NCBI GenBank assembly: GCA_963845145.1
Contig: CAWJQU010000005.1
Location: 32,001 to 96,000 of the forward strand
From: an uncultured delta proteobacterium
GTDB taxonomy: Bacteria > Desulfobacterota > Desulfobacteria > Desulfobacterales > QNYZ01
DNA: 64,000 nucleotides
Reading direction: 5' to 3'
The position numbers were made by a program, and so were the translations under genes. The notes under the pieces were generated by a model, which worked only from the letters and a program-made list of their open reading frames with translations, was not told where the DNA came from and did no database searches. Below, one piece after another: positions 62,701-64,000 of the stretch (positions within the stretch are counted from its first letter, which is position 1; the number at the start of each line of letters is the position of its first letter).

Positions 62701-64000
62701 GTGTACAAAATGTTTAAACTGCCCGGAATCCCGGTCAAACAGATCGAGCCCCTCGCGGGTACCCACCCACAACCTGCCTTTACGATCTTCGGTGACTGTA
62801 AAGATATTATTCGAGATTAAACTGCCAGGATCATTTGGATCATGACGATAGTGGGTGAATATCCCGGTATCGGGATCGAACTTATTCAAGCCACCTCCCA
62901 GAGTGCCAATCCAGACAACACCCTCACGATCTTCAATCACCCCCCAAACGGCGTTGTGGCTCAAACTATTAGGATCATCCGGGTCATGACGATAGTGTGT
63001 GAATTTGGTAGCCGCCTGATCCAGTCGGTTGATGCCGCCATCCCAGGTGGAAACCCAGAGCGCGCCGGTCTTGTCTTCGTATATGTCGAACACCCACACG
63101 CCGGCAATGCTGTCGGGATTATCGGGATTGGGCTGATAGGGTCTGAAGTGCTTCGTTTTAGGGCTAAACCGGTTCAGGCTGCCTTCTGTGGTCCCTACCC
63201 ATAATTCACCGGATCGGTCCCAATGCAACGCATAAATATTGTTGTGACTGATGCTGTGGGGATTCTCCGGGTTGTTCAGATAATGAATAAATTGCCCTGT
63301 CTGGGGGTCAAACCAATCCAGACCTTTATCGGTACCCACCCACAATCCGCTTACCGGGTCATTGGCAATGGCTCGAATGGTATCACCGCTCAAACTGTTG
63401 GCGTCCTCAGGATTATGTAAAAATCGAGTAAACCCGCCGGTGGCCGGATCAAACCGGTTTAGGCCACCACCAAGGGTGCCGACCCATAAATAACCCGCTT
63501 TATCTTGTTGCAAGCCCCAGACGCCATTATTGCTTAAACTGTGGGGATCATTCGGGTTGTGAAGGTAGTGAGTAAACTGCCCTGTCTGGGGGTTGAATTG
63601 GTTCAAGCCGCCATCCGTGCCCACCCAAAACCGTCCCTTTGCATCTACAAAAAAGCTGTTTACCCGATCATTGCTCAAACTGTGGGGATCGTCTGCGTTG
63701 TGTTGATAACGGGTAAAACGTTCGGTAGCCGGATCGTATTTATTCAGACCGCCATTCACGGTACCTACCCAAATATATCCCTCCCCGTCTTCGTGCAGGG
63801 TGCGGACATTGGTATGGCTGATACTATGAGGATCATCTCGATTGGGGAGATACGCTTTGAATTCATAGCCGTCATAGCGGTTGAGGCCATTGGCCGTGGC
63901 AAACCACATAAACCCCTGTCTATCTTGTAAAATCTCCCGCGTATTAAGCGACAGCAACCCCTGTTCGGGCGTGAGGTGATCGAATTTGAGGGCAGGGCCC
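59719..64000 (-). CDS. Large hybrid sensor kinase: beta-propeller (Reg_prop) repeats-Y_Y_Y-TM-PAS-HisKA-HATPase-REC-tail, 5' end outside window
   Basis: Repeated F.HY.H.P.DP.SLS.N.V....D..G.LWVGT.GGGLN.FDP units, YAYMLEGFD..YTNLDPGNYTFRVKASNNDGVW, SHELRTPLN, WMDMRMP. The frame is open to the window edge. Confidence 0.93.
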   Translation of the reverse strand, partial: GPALKFDHLTPEQGLLSLNTREILQDRQGFMWFATANGLNRYDGYEFKAYLPNRDDPHSISHTNVRTLHEDGEGYIWVGTVNGGLNKYDPATERFTRYQHNADDPHSLSNDRVNSFFVDAKGRFWVGTDGGLNQFNPQTGQFTHYLHNPNDPHSLSNNGVWGLQQDKAGYLWVGTLGGGLNRFDPATGGFTRFLHNPEDANSLSGDTIRAIANDPVSGLWVGTDKGLDWFDPQTGQFIHYLNNPENPHSISHNNIYALHWDRSGELWVGTTEGSLNRFSPKTKHFRPYQPNPDNPDSIAGVWVFDIYEDKTGALWVSTWDGGINRLDQAATKFTHYRHDPDDPNSLSHNAVWGVIEDREGVVWIGTLGGGLNKFDPDTGIFTHYRHDPNDPGSLISNNIFTVTEDRKGRLWVGTREGLDLFDRDSGQFKHFVHRDNDQTSLSNNWVMRIFEDQSDRLWVGTYGGGFNRFNPETGQFVNYLHNPDDENSLSANLVMDIIVDKKGMLWIATFGGGLNKFDPETEKFSHYFHNPDDPDSLFHDEIAQMAFDPEDRMWITTGAGPDRFDMETGIFTHFNEGIPNTNIGSLLLDEAGFVWMALYGKGLSRFDPKTETYRTFDSTDGVQPAEFLPGAGCKGKAGRFYFGGNGGLNVFNPAQLKDNNNIPPVVLTNFQLFNQPVLIGDKDSPLKQPIQMMEKLTLAYDQSVFSFEFAALNYRFPDKNQYAYMLEGFDKLWNYTDSSRRFATYTNLDPGNYTFRVKASNNDGVWNEEGKAVSITILPSWWQSVWFRGLVAMGIMGLLLGGYRWRVGAVERRNLELEKQVAERTKEFQESEERYHGLSASTFEAVIIHDKGVIEDANEAATALFGYPHSELLGMHLNVLITPESRVLVEKKIFAGSEEPYEVAGIKADRSPLELEVRAKTVPYKGRHIRVAAARDISERKEAEDRIRKAKDQAEAANLAKSTFLANMSHELRTPLNTVLGFSDLLLRDAASGLEALSPTQKENLLTVHRSGKHLLTLINNVLELSRVEAGRVTLDIVLCDLHKLLDDIEDMFALKAREKNLALVFKRTEDLPRFAGVDEVKLRQVLINLVGNGVKFTEKGKVSVLAGVRHQDDSSATIDDVRLYFEISDTGVGIAPEDLEGIFGVFSQTGFGRTAQEGTGLGLAISQQFAELMGGKIIAKNQVDCGMTFTFDMWAEKVNTPPMVLESMQRHIVGIKPGQPVFRILIVEDNASNRSLLVTLLRRMGFELSEAENGQEAIEKWELFDPHLIWMDMRMPVMSGYEATKRIKASPGGMATKILALTASGFEEDRVRILESGCDDFLRKPFDVDDLLQMMGDHLNIHWIYEENKATTVASFEDISQELAAIPRELAEALYNEAVRANIKTVNELIDEIYTHNPGIAAEFKQLADQFKFALLAEKMKGLLS
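59754..59868. repeat. 115-bp exact direct repeat, copy 2
   Basis: Identical to 55681-55795. Confidence 0.9.

Noticed and set aside
62100..63950. Regularly spaced repeats as a CRISPR array or tandem DNA repeat
   Set aside because: They are degenerate, in-frame protein repeats (beta-propeller blades) of the sensor kinase.

Overview
A 64-kb window from a sulfate-reducing deltaproteobacterium (Desulfobacterales-like, inferred from sat, aprBA and qmoABC). From left to right it holds: (1) an operon with an M20 amidohydrolase, Opp/Dpp ATPases, panE, panB and a PAP2 phosphatase; (2) a Tat-lipoprotein M48 protease, a PK_C-domain protein, a truncated orphan relE and an amidohydrolase; (3) sat, a MatB-like acyl-CoA ligase and ydbH-ynbE-ydbL; (4) a minus-strand run with three different phosphohydrolase folds around a complete Dpp-type ABC importer, followed by a STAND-type class III cyclase and an Fe-S flavoprotein-SCP2 fusion; (5) aprBA-qmoABC, with a terminator and a long inverted repeat between aprA and qmoA; (6) a BMP-type nucleoside ABC importer with a CodA-like deaminase; (7) an approximately 18-kb array of paralogous hybrid histidine kinases with shuffled inputs. 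The best candidate for an undescribed system lies in that array: an AT-rich corrinoid-binding protein plus a Cys-less MtaA/UroD-fold protein plus a hybrid kinase, which looks like a B12-dependent sensory module rather than a methyltransferase pathway. Several genes (qmoB, ydbH, two kinases, the corrinoid protein) carry 1-2 nt indels that are probably read or assembly errors. No rRNA, tRNA, CRISPR array or intact transposase was recognised. All family calls are from motif recognition by eye; no searches were run.
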